Notes: generated by a model not told the origin, from the sequence alone. A DNA stretch of 64,000 bases from Candidatus Rhabdochlamydia sp. (GCA_051648645.1 JBOFFP010000003.1:301266-365265), one strand, 5' to 3'. Shown: positions 30,067 through 42,392, counted from the stretch's first letter. A program made the numbers and translations.

Positions 30067-30492
30067 TTATTCAGCAAGATACTCAATATAACAAAGAGAG
30101 GCTCCATCGCCTACACGATAGCCTTCTTTTAGAACGCGTGTAAATCCACCATTTCGAGTAGAAAATCTTTCTGCAAGCTCAACGAGTTTGCCCATGACTC
30201 TGCGATCCGTGTTATAAGAAGAAGTATCTCCATTTTTAGCAGCTCTTGCTTCTTTGGTCGTGAGTGAGTTGTAACGAATCATTAACTCCCCAATGATCTT
30301 ACGTTTATTAGCAAGAGTATTTGATTTAGCTAAAGTTACAACGTGATCTGCATGCCTTTTGAGCTCTGATGCTTTACGCTCTGTTGTTTTAATACGGCCA
30401 TGTACAATTAAAGACTTAACCATATTAGCAATCATACAGCGGCGATGGCTTGCAGTTCGCCCAATTTTAAAGGTGTGTTTGCGATGTCTCAT
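30067..30492 (-). CDS. rplQ: 50S ribosomal protein L17
   Basis: [22 protein letters not shown]. Confidence 0.96.
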   Translation of the reverse strand: MRHRKHTFKIGRTASHRRCMIANMVKSLIVHGRIKTTERKASELKRHADHVVTLAKSNTLANKRKIIGELMIRYNSLTTKEARAAKNGDTSSYNTDRRVMGKLVELAERFSTRNGGFTRVLKEGYRVGDGASLCYIEYLAE

Positions 30493-31592
30493 GTTTGGTG
30501 CCCTGCCTTTTTACTTAAGTAATCCTGTACAACTTCTTTAACGTTATCCTTATGAAGATCCATACCAAGATCTTCTTTAGTCATTCCCAGCCAAAGGCCC
30601 ATTCCTTTTAATTTATCTTTAATTTCATTTAGAGATTTTTTTCCAAAATTTCTAAATTTTAAAAGTTCAGGTTCTGGCATAACGACTAACTCTGCGATTG
30701 TATCAATACAAGCTAAAGAAAGACAATTACTTGAACGTACAGAAAGTTCAATCTCATTAATTTTCAATGCAAGCTTAGCCATTAGAGCATCTTTGTCTGT
30801 ATTAAGTTTGATTTCCCCTTGATCAAAACTGAGAATATCTACATTTAATTCATCGAAAACTTCAAAATGTAAAATTCCAATTTGTGTTGCAAAAGTAAGT
30901 GCTTCTTCAGGAGAAATACGTCCATCTGTAGTCACTTCTAAAATCAAACGATCAAAGTCTGTGTCTTGCCCTACGCGTGTATTTTCTACAAAATAATTTA
31001 CTAATCTCACAGGAGAAAAAGCAGAATCAAGTAAAATCTCATCTATTACATTTTCTTGTATAGAATGTCTTTCAGCAGGCACATACCCACGACCAATTGC
31101 TATTTTTAAGTCAATTTTACGCAACATTGGTTTAGTAACTGTAAAGATCACTAGGTCTGGATTAAATATATCAAATTCAGATTCTTCTAATAAATCTTTT
31201 AAAGTTACTGCGTATTGACCATCATTTCTTTCGAGCATGTCTGGAGTGACATCAAGCATTTTAGAAATCTGCTTTAATTCACGAGATTCAGGCTCTGCAT
31301 CTGTAGGTAATTTACGTAAAAGAGCACTTTTAAAATTCAATACAATTGTTGTCATATCTTCTATTACGCCATCAATTGCCATATACTCATGGGGCACATC
31401 TTCAATACGCACAGAAACAATAGCGGGAGCTTCTAAGGAGCTGAGCATGATCCTGCGCAAAGCATTCCCAACAGTATGTCCAAAACCTCTTTCAAACGGC
31501 TCTGCAATAAAACGAGCAAATGTCTTAGAACGGCTCGCGTCATCAAGCTTAATCTTTGACGGCAACTCAAATTTGCCATATTTAATGGCCAT
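30489..31592 (-). CDS. rpoA: RNA polymerase alpha subunit
   Basis: [35 protein letters not shown]. Confidence 0.97.
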   Translation of the reverse strand: MAIKYGKFELPSKIKLDDASRSKTFARFIAEPFERGFGHTVGNALRRIMLSSLEAPAIVSVRIEDVPHEYMAIDGVIEDMTTIVLNFKSALLRKLPTDAEPESRELKQISKMLDVTPDMLERNDGQYAVTLKDLLEESEFDIFNPDLVIFTVTKPMLRKIDLKIAIGRGYVPAERHSIQENVIDEILLDSAFSPVRLVNYFVENTRVGQDTDFDRLILEVTTDGRISPEEALTFATQIGILHFEVFDELNVDILSFDQGEIKLNTDKDALMAKLALKINEIELSVRSSNCLSLACIDTIAELVVMPEPELLKFRNFGKKSLNEIKDKLKGMGLWLGMTKEDLGMDLHKDNVKEVVQDYLSKKAGHQT

Positions 31593-31678
31593 GATCAAAC
31601 TCCTGAAAATTTCTAGTTGTTTTTAAAATACTGATAAAATCAAGTATTATTTATATTTTTTATAGCAAAAAAAACAAG

Positions 31679-32104
31679 TTAAACTCTTCGTCTTTTAGGC
31701 GGACGGCATCCGTTATGAGATATAGGCGTTACATCTCTAATAAACGTAACTTCTAGTCCACCACCACGCAATCCTTTTACAGCAGATTCTCTGCCGGTGC
31801 CAGGTCCACGAAGATTCACTTCAACTTCTTTCATTCCACTAATTGCAATAGCTTGCTTTGCTGCGTCTTCCGCTGCCATATTTGCTGCAAAAGCAGAGGA
31901 TTTACGCGATCCTGTATATCCGGCTCTACCAGCAGAAGCCCAAGCAATTGTATTCCCTGCTAAATCAGTGATAGAAACAATTGTATTACTAAAGGTTGCT
32001 AAAACATGCGCAATGCCTGATGAGACACTACGATGTGCCTTTTTTTTACTTTTAGCAATGGTTGGCTTTTTAACCATTGCTTTACGGGTATCTTGCTTAG
32101 CCAA
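31679..32104 (-). CDS. rpsK: 30S ribosomal protein S11
   Basis: [28 protein letters not shown]. Confidence 0.96.
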   Translation of the reverse strand: MAKQDTRKAMVKKPTIAKSKKKAHRSVSSGIAHVLATFSNTIVSITDLAGNTIAWASAGRAGYTGSRKSSAFAANMAAEDAAKQAIAISGMKEVEVNLRGPGTGRESAVKGLRGGGLEVTFIRDVTPISHNGCRPPKRRRV

Positions 32105-32117
32105 AGTTCAATCTCCT

Positions 32118-32486
32118 CTATTTCTTTTTGTTCGCTACTGTTTTTCTCTTTCCTTTTCTAGTACGCGCATTAGAACGTGTACGTTGACCACGAACAGGAA
32201 GACCTAAACGATGACGCATCCCTCTATAGCAATGAATGCTAATCAATCTTTTAATATTTCCTTGAACTTGGCGACGAAGATCCCCTTCAACTATATAATC
32301 CGATTGCAATTTGGCATTCACCTTTGCAATTTCATCTTGTGTCAACCGATGTGCTCTCATATTAGGATCTAATCCTAGTTCTGTGCAAATATCCGCTGAT
32401 AATTTGCGACCAACGCCATAAACATACGTCAAGCTAATCACTAGCCGCTTGTTATCTGGGATGTCGACTCCAATTACTCTAGGCAT
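32118..32486 (-). CDS. rpsM: 30S ribosomal protein S13
   Basis: YRGMRHRLGLPVRGQRT. Confidence 0.97.
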   Translation of the reverse strand: MPRVIGVDIPDNKRLVISLTYVYGVGRKLSADICTELGLDPNMRAHRLTQDEIAKVNAKLQSDYIVEGDLRRQVQGNIKRLISIHCYRGMRHRLGLPVRGQRTRSNARTRKGKRKTVANKKK

Positions 32487-32587
32487 GAAATAAGTTCCTT
32501 TTTTTAAACAATTATCCGAGACATTTTATCAGATCTTTTATTTATTAACAATATTGACCTGTTATGTTCATTCGACTAAAAAAAATT

Positions 32588-33961
32588 CTATCTCCCTCTT
32601 AGTCGACTTCTCTTCATAAATCCTTCATAGCGCTTCATTAATAAGTGAGACTCTATTTGCTTAGAGGTATCTAGGATAACACCTACGAGAATAAGCAAAG
32701 AGGTCCCTCCAAAAAAATATGTGATACTTGCATCTACATGTAGTAATTTTCCAATGATCGTTGGTAAAATCGCAATTAGGGAAAGAAAAATAGCCCCTGC
32801 AAATGTAATTCTATTCATCGTTGCTTCTAAGTAGTCTTGCGTTGATTTTCCTTGCTTAATGCCTGGAATAAACGCTCCATTCTTTTTCATATCAGATGCA
32901 ATTTGCTCTGGATGAAATTGCGTTGCAGTCCAAAAATACGTAAAAAAAATGATAAGCATTACAAAAGCAAACATATATAGCCAACTACCTGGAGAAATAG
33001 CATTTGCACATTTTCCAACCCAAGAATTAGCCCCTATAAACCGACCAATTGTGGCAGGAAACATTAATAATGAAGAGGCAAAAATTACAGGAATAACCCC
33101 AGCGTAATTTACTTTTAAAGGAATATATGCATTCCCACCACCTTGTACCTCATGTCTTCCTACAACTCGTCTAGCATACTGTAAAGGGATCTTTCTTTGA
33201 CCTTGAATGATTAAAATAGTCCCTACTATAATAAGAACAAAAACAACAGATAAAATGACTAATGAAGAAAAAGTAAGTTGGCCTGGTTCCTGAGAATCTA
33301 AATTCAGCTGACGCATTACAGAGCCCAAAGTACTCGGTAATGAAGAAAGAATTCCAACCGTAATGATTAAACTAATCCCATTACCAATCCCTTTTTCCGT
33401 AATCTGCTCGCCGATCCACATCAAAAGAACAGTTCCAGTAGTCATAGTTGTCATTATAATTAAATAAAACAACCAAGGAATCCCAAAAAACTGAACATCC
33501 ATAATTTCGCTTGCAATAATACCAGGTGTCCCTGCATTTAATTGCAGTGCATACTTTCCGAATAAACCCGATTGAAAAAACGCTAAAAATAAAGTAAGAG
33601 TACGCGTCCAACGTCCTAATTTGCGCTTTCCGCTTTCTGGATTTTCCTTTATTTCCCTTTGCATGGAAGGAACAAGAGCCATCACCAACTGCATAATGAT
33701 TGAAGAAGATATGTATGGCATAACCCCTAAAGCAATCACAGTCATGTGAGCAAAAGCTCCGCCAGAAAATATATCCATTAATTGGAAAAGATTTTGGCTA
33801 CCACCTGCAGCACTACGAAAAAGCTGCACGGCTAATTCTCCATTAATACCTGGCACAGGTATATAGGAACCTATGCGACAGGCAATTAACATAAGAAGCG
33901 TAAAGAAAATCTTTTTTCTAAGATCCGGTATAACAAGCAATTTAGCTATTTTTGCAATCAT
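32588..33961 (-). CDS. secY: Preprotein translocase SecY
   Basis: [33 protein letters not shown]. Confidence 0.97.
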   Translation of the reverse strand: MIAKIAKLLVIPDLRKKIFFTLLMLIACRIGSYIPVPGINGELAVQLFRSAAGGSQNLFQLMDIFSGGAFAHMTVIALGVMPYISSSIIMQLVMALVPSMQREIKENPESGKRKLGRWTRTLTLFLAFFQSGLFGKYALQLNAGTPGIIASEIMDVQFFGIPWLFYLIIMTTMTTGTVLLMWIGEQITEKGIGNGISLIITVGILSSLPSTLGSVMRQLNLDSQEPGQLTFSSLVILSVVFVLIIVGTILIIQGQRKIPLQYARRVVGRHEVQGGGNAYIPLKVNYAGVIPVIFASSLLMFPATIGRFIGANSWVGKCANAISPGSWLYMFAFVMLIIFFTYFWTATQFHPEQIASDMKKNGAFIPGIKQGKSTQDYLEATMNRITFAGAIFLSLIAILPTIIGKLLHVDASITYFFGGTSLLILVGVILDTSKQIESHLLMKRYEGFMKRSRLRGR

Positions 33962-33979
33962 TTTATATCTAACGTTCCA

Positions 33980-34438
33980 TTAGCTTGTTATTTTTTGGTA
34001 AGAAATACCTTGTTTTTTCAATTTTTCTTCTGTTGCTTGAGAAAAAGAGCTTGCTTCAATTGTAACTTTTTTAGTTAGTTCTCCATTAGATAAGATTTTT
34101 AATCCTCCAGGAACTCTGCGAGGCGCAAAACCTTTTTCTTGTAGAGTAGTTAAACTAACTATTTCTCCATCTTGGTATAATTTGTTAATCATTTGCAAAT
34201 TAATTGCAAATACACAAGATGTAAAACGTCCATTGGTAAAGCCTCTAGTAGGTAGTTTTTTGTATAAAGGAATTTGTCCTCCCTCATGCCCAAAACGATA
34301 CTTATAGCCTTGGCGAGCTTTATCACCCTTATTACCACGACCGCACGTCTTTCCTCTTTTTGAACCAACTCCGCGTCCCACTCTTTGCACTTTTTGCTTG
34401 GGTCTATGGGTGTTAGCTAATTGTGATAAAGTAATCAT
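33980..34438 (-). CDS. rplO: 50S ribosomal protein L15
   Basis: RVGRG.GS..GKT.GRG.KG, EGGQ.PL. Confidence 0.96.
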   Translation of the reverse strand: MITLSQLANTHRPKQKVQRVGRGVGSKRGKTCGRGNKGDKARQGYKYRFGHEGGQIPLYKKLPTRGFTNGRFTSCVFAINLQMINKLYQDGEIVSLTTLQEKGFAPRRVPGGLKILSNGELTKKVTIEASSFSQATEEKLKKQGISYQKITS

Positions 34439-34932
34439 GATGCTAAGCCTCTATTTACTAGATTTTTTTGTCGATTCACAAGACCTTCTAAAGCATTTAA
34501 TGTCGCTTGCACTTGATTTAAAGGATTATTAGAACCGTAGATTTTTGCAACTACATCTTTTACACCAGCAAGCTCTAGTACGGATCGAACCTTCGAACCG
34601 GCAATAACACCTGTTCCATCTTTAGCTGGCTTTAGTAGAACTCTGCAACCATCCCAATCCACTAAAACTTCATGCGGAATCGTAGACCCTTCCATTTCAA
34701 ATGTAAAGATATTTTTACGCGCAGATTCTGTTGCTTTACGAATAGCGTCTGCTACTTCGTTTGCTTTAGCAAAACCAAAACCAATTTTACCTTGCCTATC
34801 GCCTACGAGAACAAGTGCAGAAAAGCTAAATTTCTTTCCGCCTTTTACTGCTTTACAACAGCGGTTGACGTATAAAACTTTTTCTTCAAACTCTGTTCCA
34901 AATTCTTCAGCGCGCCTTTTATTTTGTTCCAT
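34435..34932 (-). CDS. rpsE: 30S ribosomal protein S5
   Basis: KGGKKFSFSALV, GTGVIAG. Confidence 0.96.
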   Translation of the reverse strand: MEQNKRRAEEFGTEFEEKVLYVNRCCKAVKGGKKFSFSALVLVGDRQGKIGFGFAKANEVADAIRKATESARKNIFTFEMEGSTIPHEVLVDWDGCRVLLKPAKDGTGVIAGSKVRSVLELAGVKDVVAKIYGSNNPLNQVQATLNALEGLVNRQKNLVNRGLAS

Positions 34933-34950
34933 GTTACATCATCCCTTAAC

Positions 34951-35322
34951 TTAAAATTGTAACCCTGACTGACGTGCAGCTTCTGCAAGTTCTGCGAGCA
35001 ATCCGTGATATTTATGATGACCGCGATCAAATACAACGCACTGAATATTTTTTTGCTTAGCGGCATCGGCTAATAAAATACCCACTTCTCGTGCAGCTTG
35101 TTTACTTTTTTTGCCCAAATTTTTCTGACGCAAAAGCGGTGAATATGTGCTTGCACTTGCGAGAGTAATCCCCTTTTCATCATCGATTAACTGCGCACAA
35201 ATGTGCTTAAGCGATTTAAAAACAGAAAGTCGAGGCTTATCGCTAGAACCGCGCACCTGTTTTCTGACACGCAAACTTCGTCTTTTTCTTTTTGTATTTC
35301 GACTTTGCAATTCATTAAGCAT
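34951..35322 (-). CDS. rplR: 50S ribosomal protein L18
   Basis: PRLSVFKS, VVFDRG..KYHG. Confidence 0.96.
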   Translation of the reverse strand: MLNELQSRNTKRKRRSLRVRKQVRGSSDKPRLSVFKSLKHICAQLIDDEKGITLASASTYSPLLRQKNLGKKSKQAAREVGILLADAAKQKNIQCVVFDRGHHKYHGLLAELAEAARQSGLQF

Positions 35323-35339
35323 AAAAGCTCTACCTTAAA

Positions 35340-35891
35340 TTAACCTGTTTTTCCCTTAGCTGCTTTTCCAGCTTTTTTACGCACATGCTCTTTCTCGTAA
35401 CGGATCCCTTTACCTTTATAAGGTTCAGGTTTTTTTTCTGCGCGTATTACAGCAGCAAAATGCCCTACAAGAAATCTACTCATTCCTTCAATAATGATTA
35501 AAACCCCTTTCTCTACAGTTACTTTAATTCCTTCAGGAATCAAAAGCTCTGTGGGATGAGAACGCCCAATTTGCAGATCAAGCATATTTTCTTTAATCTG
35601 AGCGCGGTATCCAACACCTTCTAATTTCAATCTTTTTTCAAATCCGGTGGTTACACCTATAACCATATTATTAATCAGAGCTCTAGCCAAACCATAATCT
35701 TTGTTATGCACTTCTTTTTGCTCATCTTTTAAAACAAATAAATTATCGTTCTCTATTTTTACCAAAATCCCTTCAATTGCAGGAATGGATAGTTCACCTT
35801 TAGGACCTTTTACTTGAATTTGTCCATTTTGGATCTTAATATCTATTTTTTTTCCGACAAGAGAGATTGGCATTTTCCCAAGACGCGACAT
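35340..35891 (-). CDS. rplF: 50S ribosomal protein L6
   Basis: MSRLGKMP start at 35891, PEPYKGKGIRY. Confidence 0.96.
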   Translation of the reverse strand: MSRLGKMPISLVGKKIDIKIQNGQIQVKGPKGELSIPAIEGILVKIENDNLFVLKDEQKEVHNKDYGLARALINNMVIGVTTGFEKRLKLEGVGYRAQIKENMLDLQIGRSHPTELLIPEGIKVTVEKGVLIIIEGMSRFLVGHFAAVIRAEKKPEPYKGKGIRYEKEHVRKKAGKAAKGKTG

Positions 35892-35910
35892 ACTATAACC
35901 TCTTCTTAAA

Positions 35911-36303
35911 TTACCAAACTTTACATAACAACTCACCACCGAGTCGATCTCTTCGAGCAGCCTTACCATCGCGAATACCCCTAGAGGTAGACACAATTGC
36001 AATTCCCATTCCACCATGAACAATTGGAATGTCAAGATAACCCACGTACTGCCTTGCAGAAGGTGAGGACATGCGTTTTAAATCTTTTATCACAGGCTCC
36101 CTTCCATTAGCATATTTTAAAAAAAGCCTTGCTTCTCTTTTCTCTTCATTAACGAGACACTCGCCAACAAAGCCATTTTCTTGCAATACTCTTATAATCG
36201 CTAGCTTTACTTTACTGGGTCTGAAAATGACAAAGCGATGACGAGCACTTTTTGCATTACGAATTCTTGTTAGCAAATCTGCAATTGGATCACTTAATGA
36301 CAT
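35911..36303 (-). CDS. rpsH: 30S ribosomal protein S8
   Basis: DPIADLLTRIRNA, STSRG, GGELLC. Confidence 0.96.
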   Translation of the reverse strand: MSLSDPIADLLTRIRNAKSARHRFVIFRPSKVKLAIIRVLQENGFVGECLVNEEKREARLFLKYANGREPVIKDLKRMSSPSARQYVGYLDIPIVHGGMGIAIVSTSRGIRDGKAARRDRLGGELLCKVW

Positions 36304-36324
36304 GATTTTTTCTCTCCCTCACCT

Positions 36325-36867
36325 TTATTCTGCTGTTTTAAATGGAAGTCCAAGTGATGTTAATAGCTCGACACACTCTTCATCAGTTTCTGCGGACGTC
36401 ACAAATGTGATATTCATTCCTTGCGTTCTTTTTACTTCATCTAAGATGACTTCTGGGAAAATCTGCTGCTCTTGAATTCCTAGAGAATAACTTCCTCTAC
36501 CATCGCACTTAGGGTTAAAGCCACGAAAATCTCGAATACGAGGAGAAACAATGTGACAAAAACGATCAAGGAAATCAAACATCCTTTGTCTTCTGAGAGT
36601 AACCTTTACTCCAATCGGCTGATCTTCACGTAACTTAAAATTAGCAATTGCTCGACGTGATTTTGTTAAAATCGGCTTCTGTCCTGATAACAATGCCATT
36701 TCCTTGACGCAAGCTTGCATCGCATTTTTATCCTTAGAAGCTTCTGCTATCCCCATGCTAATTACAATTTTTTTTAGCTGAGGGATGAGCATTAAGTTGG
36801 AATACTTAAACTTGTTCTGCAGTTCTTTTTTTACAACTTCTTTATAGCGCTTATGTAATCTAGACAT
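36325..36867 (-). CDS. rplE: 50S ribosomal protein L5
   Basis: [17 protein letters not shown]. Confidence 0.96.
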   Translation of the reverse strand: MSRLHKRYKEVVKKELQNKFKYSNLMLIPQLKKIVISMGIAEASKDKNAMQACVKEMALLSGQKPILTKSRRAIANFKLREDQPIGVKVTLRRQRMFDFLDRFCHIVSPRIRDFRGFNPKCDGRGSYSLGIQEQQIFPEVILDEVKRTQGMNITFVTSAETDEECVELLTSLGLPFKTAE

Positions 36868-36881
36868 TGTTTATCTTCTAC

Positions 36882-37214
36882 TTATGAATGTTTTTTAACC
36901 TGGCGAAATTTAACTTCTTTTCCTTGTTCCAAATAAAATAACTCTTTAGCTCCATCAGCTGCAAAGCGTACTTTGACCTTAACAGGCTGATTTTCTTTAT
37001 TGCATAAAGAGACATTGGAAACATGAATTGGCGTTTCAATTTCAATAATTCCAGCACCTGGAGCTTTCGTTTGACGCTTAGCGTGCTTCTTACGAATATT
37101 AACTCCTTGTACCAAGATTCGTTCTTTATTTCGTGAAATCACTTCACCTACTTTTCCTTTGTCATTGCCTGAAATTACAACAACCGTATCACCTTTTTTA
37201 ATCCATTTACTCAT
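36882..37214 (-). CDS. rplX: 50S ribosomal protein L24
   Basis: KOW motif GD.VVVISG.DKGK.G, PIHVSNV. Confidence 0.96.
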   Translation of the reverse strand: MSKWIKKGDTVVVISGNDKGKVGEVISRNKERILVQGVNIRKKHAKRQTKAPGAGIIEIETPIHVSNVSLCNKENQPVKVKVRFAADGAKELFYLEQGKEVKFRQVKKHS

Positions 37215-37224
37215 AGGTTCTCCC

Positions 37225-37596
37225 TTAAATCACTTCTGGTGCTAATGAGGTAATTTTTATGTAGCCTCTTTCACGCACCTCACGTGCAATAGGGCCAAAA
37301 ATGCGCGTTCCCTGAGGATTTCCCTTATCATCGATAATCACACAACTATTATCAAAAAAAGATAGTTGGCTTCCATCTTTACGAGAGATGCTACTACATG
37401 TTCTGACAATAACAGCTTTGACCACTTTACCTTTTTTAACGGTTCCTTTAGGATCGGCTTCTTTTACAGCGCAAATGATTACATCACCTACACCTGCACG
37501 AGGACGCTTAGAACCTTTCTTGATAATTCTAAAGCAACGTACACGTTTAGCGCCGGTGTTATCTGCTACTTCTAATTCGGTTTCTTCTTGAATCAT
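37225..37596 (-). CDS. rplN: 50S ribosomal protein L14
   Basis: [21 protein letters not shown]. Confidence 0.97.
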   Translation of the reverse strand: MIQEETELEVADNTGAKRVRCFRIIKKGSKRPRAGVGDVIICAVKEADPKGTVKKGKVVKAVIVRTCSSISRKDGSQLSFFDNSCVIIDDKGNPQGTRIFGPIAREVRERGYIKITSLAPEVI

Positions 37597-37635
37597 GGAT
37601 TTTGTATTCCTAGTAATTTATGCATCTGTTTTTCA

Positions 37636-37899
37636 TCAAAGCACTTGCAATACACGCCATCTTTTCAACTTTGAAAGAGGACGCGTTTCAACAATTCTCA
37701 CAAGTTTTCCGATCTCAACCACGCCTTCTTCAACATGAGCGTAATAGATTTTACCGCGTGTAATCACCTTATTAAAATTAGGGTGTTTGAATGTACGATC
37801 CACACGCACTTTAACCGTTTTTTGCATCTTGTTAGAAACAACAACACCTTCTCTAACTTTACGCCTTGCGTTGCTTATTTGCTCTGCTTGCTTTTCCAT
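37636..37899 (-). CDS. rpsQ: 30S ribosomal protein S17
   Basis: [21 protein letters not shown]. Confidence 0.96.
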   Translation of the reverse strand: MEKQAEQISNARRKVREGVVVSNKMQKTVKVRVDRTFKHPNFNKVITRGKIYYAHVEEGVVEIGKLVRIVETRPLSKLKRWRVLQVL

Positions 37900-37913
37900 G
37901 CTTTTACCTACAG

Positions 37914-38108
37914 TTACGCCTTTTTCTCTCGAAGGATTGTCAAGACTCTTGCTCTATCTCTTTTTTTAAATTGAATTAAATGAGGCTTTTCCAATTTGCG
38001 TGTTGTCTTTAACTCATTGCGCAATTCAAAAATCTCTTTAGATAAATCCGTATAAAGAGCTTGTAATTCTTCTGTTGATTGATCTCTTAACTCTTTTGCT
38101 TTTGGCAT
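37914..38108 (-). CDS. rpmC: 50S ribosomal protein L29
   Basis: KAKELR..S.EEL, ARVLT; start ATG 38108. Confidence 0.93.
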   Translation of the reverse strand: MPKAKELRDQSTEELQALYTDLSKEIFELRNELKTTRKLEKPHLIQFKKRDRARVLTILREKKA

Positions 38109-38124
38109 TTTGTAAAACCCTATT

Positions 38125-38544
38125 TTATACTCGTTCCACTCGTTCCACAAACCTAGTGCGAAGCCCTAGCTTAGCTGCAGCTCTTTTCAATGCATCTCTT
38201 GCAACATCTCTAGGCACTCCAGCTACTTCAAATAATATCCTACCAGGTCGAACAACGGCCACCCAATGATCTAAAGCCCCTTTTCCTTTACCCATACGAG
38301 TTTCAGCTGGTTTTTTAGTCACAGGTTTATCTGGAAAAATACGAATCCAGACTTGGCCACGGCGTTGAAAATGGCGATTAATAGCAACCCTACAAGCTTC
38401 AATTTGATTAGCTGGCAACCAGCCTCTATCGAGAACTTGCATGCCGAACTCACCAAAATCCACGAAATTTCCGCCTTTACTTAACCCAGAACGATTTCCT
38501 TTATGGGCTTTTCTATACTTTGTACGAACAGGCATTAAGGCCAT
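38125..38544 (-). CDS. rplP: 50S ribosomal protein L16
   Basis: [21 protein letters not shown]. Confidence 0.97.
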   Translation of the reverse strand: MALMPVRTKYRKAHKGNRSGLSKGGNFVDFGEFGMQVLDRGWLPANQIEACRVAINRHFQRRGQVWIRIFPDKPVTKKPAETRMGKGKGALDHWVAVVRPGRILFEVAGVPRDVARDALKRAAAKLGLRTRFVERVERV

Positions 38545-38545
38545 G

Positions 38546-39199
38546 TTAGCCTCCTACTACTTGTGATCGATTTATCTCGTCTTCGCCTTTATTAATGCAT
38601 ACTTTGACTCCGATTGAGCCATAAGTTGTTTCCGCTCTGGCTATTGCATAATCAATATCTGCTCGCAGCGTATGTAAAGGAACGCTTCCCAATATATACC
38701 ATTCTGTACGAGCAATTTCAGCACCACCAATACGTCCGGAAATTTGCACTTTAATTCCAACAGCTCCTGCATCCATGCTAGCTTGCATAGCTTTTTTCAT
38801 AACTCTTCTAAAAGGAATTCGACGCTCTAACTGTTTAGCTATATTTTCAGCTACGAGTGGCGCTTCAAGATCTGGTCTTTTAATTTCTTCAACTTCAATC
38901 CAAATCTCTTTTCCTGTTAGCTTTCTAAGCTCTTGTTTCAAAATATCGAGCTCTGCAGCTTTTTTTCCGATAACCAAACCTGGACGCGCTGTACGAATGG
39001 TTACTTCCACTTTACCACTCATTCTTCTAATAACTATCTTAGAAGTACCCACGCAACAGGATTTGCCCATCAAATGCTTACGAATTTTAGCATCTTCTCC
39101 TAGCAAATCGCCAAACTCTTGTTTGTTGGCGTACCAAAGAGAGAGCCATCTCTTATTTCTAATTAATCTAAACCCAATCGGCGATGTCTTTTGACCCAT
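38546..39199 (-). CDS. rpsC: 30S ribosomal protein S3
   Basis: [36 protein letters not shown]. Confidence 0.97.
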   Translation of the reverse strand: MGQKTSPIGFRLIRNKRWLSLWYANKQEFGDLLGEDAKIRKHLMGKSCCVGTSKIVIRRMSGKVEVTIRTARPGLVIGKKAAELDILKQELRKLTGKEIWIEVEEIKRPDLEAPLVAENIAKQLERRIPFRRVMKKAMQASMDAGAVGIKVQISGRIGGAEIARTEWYILGSVPLHTLRADIDYAIARAETTYGSIGVKVCINKGEDEINRSQVVGG

Positions 39200-39210
39200 T
39201 GTTTCCCCTT

Positions 39211-39546
39211 CTATTCAGCAGCAACGACTATTGTAAAATGACTTGTTCTTTTCATGATTGGATGACTCCCGCCTCTGTTTTTTGGCTTAGCACGCTTCAA
39301 AACAGGACCTGCGTCTACTTTCACTTCTTTTACAATTAAATCACGCCTTTGAACTTGTAACTGTGTTTCTGCATTGGCTACTGCAGAGTTTAATGTCTTT
39401 TGCAGGAGTTGTCCTGCTTTTAATTTACAAAAAAGCAATTGTACTTCTGCATCTTCAACTTTGCGGCCTCTAATCAAGTCAGCAGCTAAACGCGCTTTTC
39501 TTGGACTAATCCGCACATATTTTGTTTTCGCATAAGCTTGTGGCAT
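39211..39546 (-). CDS. rplV: 50S ribosomal protein L22
   Basis: [20 protein letters not shown]. Confidence 0.96.
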   Translation of the reverse strand: MPQAYAKTKYVRISPRKARLAADLIRGRKVEDAEVQLLFCKLKAGQLLQKTLNSAVANAETQLQVQRRDLIVKEVKVDAGPVLKRAKPKNRGGSHPIMKRTSHFTIVVAAE

Positions 39547-39552
39547 AAATTC

Positions 39553-39855
39553 TTAACCTCTTCCTGAAGATGCAGATTTGGAACTATCCGCACTTTTTTT
39601 CGATCCATGCCCTTTAAATACTCTCGTCGGTGAAAATTCACCAAGACGATGTCCTACCATGTTATCAGACACGAAAACACTAATAAACTTCTTTCCATTG
39701 TGAACATCAAATGTATGTCCAATCATTTCAGGAAGAATCATAGATCGTCGTGACCATGTTTTGATAGGATTTTTTTTGCCATTTTTATTTTGCCCACTTA
39801 TTTTATCTAATAAGTGATGGTCTATAAATATCCCTTTTCTTAGCGATCTTCCCAT
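39553..39855 (-). CDS. rpsS: 30S ribosomal protein S19
   Basis: [21 protein letters not shown]. Confidence 0.97.
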   Translation of the reverse strand: MGRSLRKGIFIDHHLLDKISGQNKNGKKNPIKTWSRRSMILPEMIGHTFDVHNGKKFISVFVSDNMVGHRLGEFSPTRVFKGHGSKKSADSSKSASSGRG

Positions 39856-39875
39856 ATAAGCTTCAAACTCCCAAT

Positions 39876-40697
39876 CTATTTCCTACGGTCTTTAACGATC
39901 ATTTTATTAGATTTTTTCTTAGAACGCGTACGACGTCCTTTAGTATCTTTTGCCCATGGAGTCTGTGGGAGGTATCCATTATGTTTACCTTCTCCTCCTC
40001 CATGCGGGTGATCTACTGGATTCATTGCAGTTCCTCGAACAGTAGGACGAATTCCTTTCCAACGAGAACGTCCTGCTTTTCCTTCTACACGTAAATTTCT
40101 TTCTGGATTGGAAACGGCTCCAAAAGTAGCTCGACAATTTCCATGAACGAGCCTTACCTCTCCAGATGGCATTTTTAGATTCACATACCCATTATCGGTT
40201 TTTGCCATTAACTGAGCAGAAAGGCCTGCAGATCGCACAAGTTGGCCACCACGTCCTGGATAGAGTTCAATGTTATGAATAATCGATCCAAGTGGCATGT
40301 GTTTTAAGCGCATGCAAAAACCTACATCGAATCGCCCTTGATCGTTTGTTGCTATTTCAGCACCTACTTTCAATCCTTGTGGAGCTAAAATATAGCGTTT
40401 TTCTCCATCAACATAGTTTAATAGGGCAATAGCAGCTGTGCGATTCGGATCATATTCAATAGAGGCTACCTTAGCTGGTATGTTTTCTTTATCTCTTTTG
40501 AAGTCAACAATGCGATAAAAACGCTTATGTCCTCCACCCTTATGTCTACATGTAATATGGCCATGGTGGTTGCGACCATTTGTTCTTTTCTTTTTTTCAA
40601 TTAAAGACTTTTCAGGCTTTACAGAGCTTAAAGCCTCTTGCTTGGTTAAAACAAGATGACGCTGTCCTGCTGTAGTGGGTCGAAACTTTTTTAACAT
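39876..40697 (-). CDS. rplB: 50S ribosomal protein L2
   Basis: [24 protein letters not shown]. Confidence 0.97.
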   Translation of the reverse strand: MLKKFRPTTAGQRHLVLTKQEALSSVKPEKSLIEKKKRTNGRNHHGHITCRHKGGGHKRFYRIVDFKRDKENIPAKVASIEYDPNRTAAIALLNYVDGEKRYILAPQGLKVGAEIATNDQGRFDVGFCMRLKHMPLGSIIHNIELYPGRGGQLVRSAGLSAQLMAKTDNGYVNLKMPSGEVRLVHGNCRATFGAVSNPERNLRVEGKAGRSRWKGIRPTVRGTAMNPVDHPHGGGEGKHNGYLPQTPWAKDTKGRRTRSKKKSNKMIVKDRRK

Positions 40698-40720
40698 AGT
40701 AATTTCCAAGGCTCCTCAGC

Positions 40721-41059
40721 TTAACCTTTATCCTCAATATCATCACCCGGTTCTAAGGAAACAATGGCTTTTTTAAAACCTGCTTTTTTCCCTAGACGCC
40801 CTCGTACACGCTTAGACTTAGGCTTAATGGTAATTGTATTTACAGATGTAACTTTGATTTTTCTATCAATATAAATTTTTTCAATAGCTTCTGCGATTTC
40901 TTGTTTATTCGCTTTTTTTGCAACTAAAAAAACATACTTTGGTGTTTTGCATCTTCTAACAGAAGGATTGCTTTCACTGGATTGCAACTGTTCCATAACT
41001 CGTGCTTTTTCTGTTACGTGACGAGACAATATAACATCATAAGGACTCTTTTTTAACAT
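40721..41059 (-). CDS. rplW: 50S ribosomal protein L23
   Basis: VTEKA, ANKQEI..AIE, FKKAIV. Confidence 0.94.
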   Translation of the reverse strand: MLKKSPYDVILSRHVTEKARVMEQLQSSESNPSVRRCKTPKYVFLVAKKANKQEIAEAIEKIYIDRKIKVTSVNTITIKPKSKRVRGRLGKKAGFKKAIVSLEPGDDIEDKG

Positions 41060-41062
41060 AAA

Positions 41063-41734
41063 TTAACCTTGTCCTCCCAATAGAACTTTTAACTGATCTA
41101 CAGCTGAATTCATTACAATTAGGTGTTGATTAGCAATTACGTCATATCCATTTACAATAGATAATGGAAGAAATCTCAATCCAAGAATATTCCGAGCACT
41201 TAAAAACAGTGTATGATATTTTTCTAGCAATATAGTGGTTTGACCTTCATCGCCGCTTTCCGCTAAGAAAATAATTTTTTTACTTTCTAAGCTTCTTGCT
41301 TTTAAAAATTTCACTACTTGCTTTGTTTGCGGCTTGTCCATCTCTTCAAAATGCAAAACATGCAGAGAGTTATTTAATACTTTTTCAATCAACAACTGAC
41401 GAATTACAGCGCGCTTTTCTTTTTTATTCACCTTTACGTGCTGATCAAATTTTGGTCTAGGAGCGTGAACGCGTCCTCCCCCTTTATACTGAGGAGCACC
41501 TAAATAACCCTGTCTTGCTCTACCAGTCCCTTTTTGAGGGTGAGGTTTTTTACCACTATGATTTACTTCCGCTCTTGTTTTCGTATTAGCAGACCACTGA
41601 CGAGCATTCGCTCGTAGTGCCGTAATATAATCTTTAATCATTTGCGTATTTGCAGCTGGGGTGAGTAGCGCATCATCGATTTCAATCTTTCCTACTTCTT
41701 CACCAGCTAAATTATATTCATTTAGATAGGCCAC
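41063..41734 (-). CDS. rplD: 50S ribosomal protein L4
   Basis: TKTRAEV, KP..QKGTGRARQG, GGG. Confidence 0.96.
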   Translation of the reverse strand: MAYLNEYNLAGEEVGKIEIDDALLTPAANTQMIKDYITALRANARQWSANTKTRAEVNHSGKKPHPQKGTGRARQGYLGAPQYKGGGRVHAPRPKFDQHVKVNKKEKRAVIRQLLIEKVLNNSLHVLHFEEMDKPQTKQVVKFLKARSLESKKIIFLAESGDEGQTTILLEKYHTLFLSARNILGLRFLPLSIVNGYDVIANQHLIVMNSAVDQLKVLLGGQG

Positions 41735-41747
41735 GACTACAACTCCC

Positions 41748-42392
41748 TTACGCTTTCTTCTTTGCTTTTGAGATATAAACTAATCCATTGCGCGGCCCTG
41801 GAACAGCCCCCTCAACAAGGATAACATTTTTTTCTTGATCCACTTTTACTACACGCAAATTTTGTGTAGTTACCATTTCATTTCCCATACGACCTGATTT
41901 TTTTTGCCCTGGCAAACAACGACCTGGCGTAGAACGCATACCAGTCGAACCCCCATGACGATGAAATCCAGAACCGTGAGAAGCAGGCCCTCCTGCAAAA
42001 TTATGACGTTTCATAACCCCTTGATGTCCCTTACCTTTAGAAATGCCAGAAACATCAACATAGGTGATCTCATTGAAATAACTCACAGTAATTTCCTGAG
42101 CTACTTGAAAGTCCTCTACATTGCTTACCCTAGATTCTTTCAAGCCAGATCTTGGCTCTATTTTTGCTTTTGCAAAATGACCTTGTAATGGCTTAGAAAC
42201 ATTCTTAAGCTTTGAAGGTTTAACCTTATAAGCCGCTAGTTGAATGGCATCGTAGCCATCTTTACCTTGCTGGCTTTTAACTTGAGCTATGACATTAGGC
42301 TCTGCTAAAATTACCGTGCAAACAATTTGATTGCCTTGAGCATCAAATCGCATTGTCATCCCTTTTTTCTTTCCCTGAAATTTTAAAGTCAT
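41748..42392 (-). CDS. rplC: 50S ribosomal protein L3
   Basis: GKKKGMT, SKGKGHQG, HGS.FHR..GS.G. Confidence 0.97.
   Translation of the reverse strand: MTLKFQGKKKGMTMRFDAQGNQIVCTVILAEPNVIAQVKSQQGKDGYDAIQLAAYKVKPSKLKNVSKPLQGHFAKAKIEPRSGLKESRVSNVEDFQVAQEITVSYFNEITYVDVSGISKGKGHQGVMKRHNFAGGPASHGSGFHRHGGSTGMRSTPGRCLPGQKKSGRMGNEMVTTQNLRVVKVDQEKNVILVEGAVPGPRNGLVYISKAKKKA

Noticed and set aside
35892..36035. N-terminal extensions on L6 (and likewise L29, LpxC and the RfaE-like protein) in the ORF track
   Set aside because: Upstream in-frame codons overlap neighbouring genes; canonical starts lie downstream
30067..42392. Absence of rpsJ, rpsN, rpmD, adk, map, infA, rpmJ and rpsD from the ribosomal cluster
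   Set aside because: Expected chlamydial gene arrangement; useful for taxonomy, not novel
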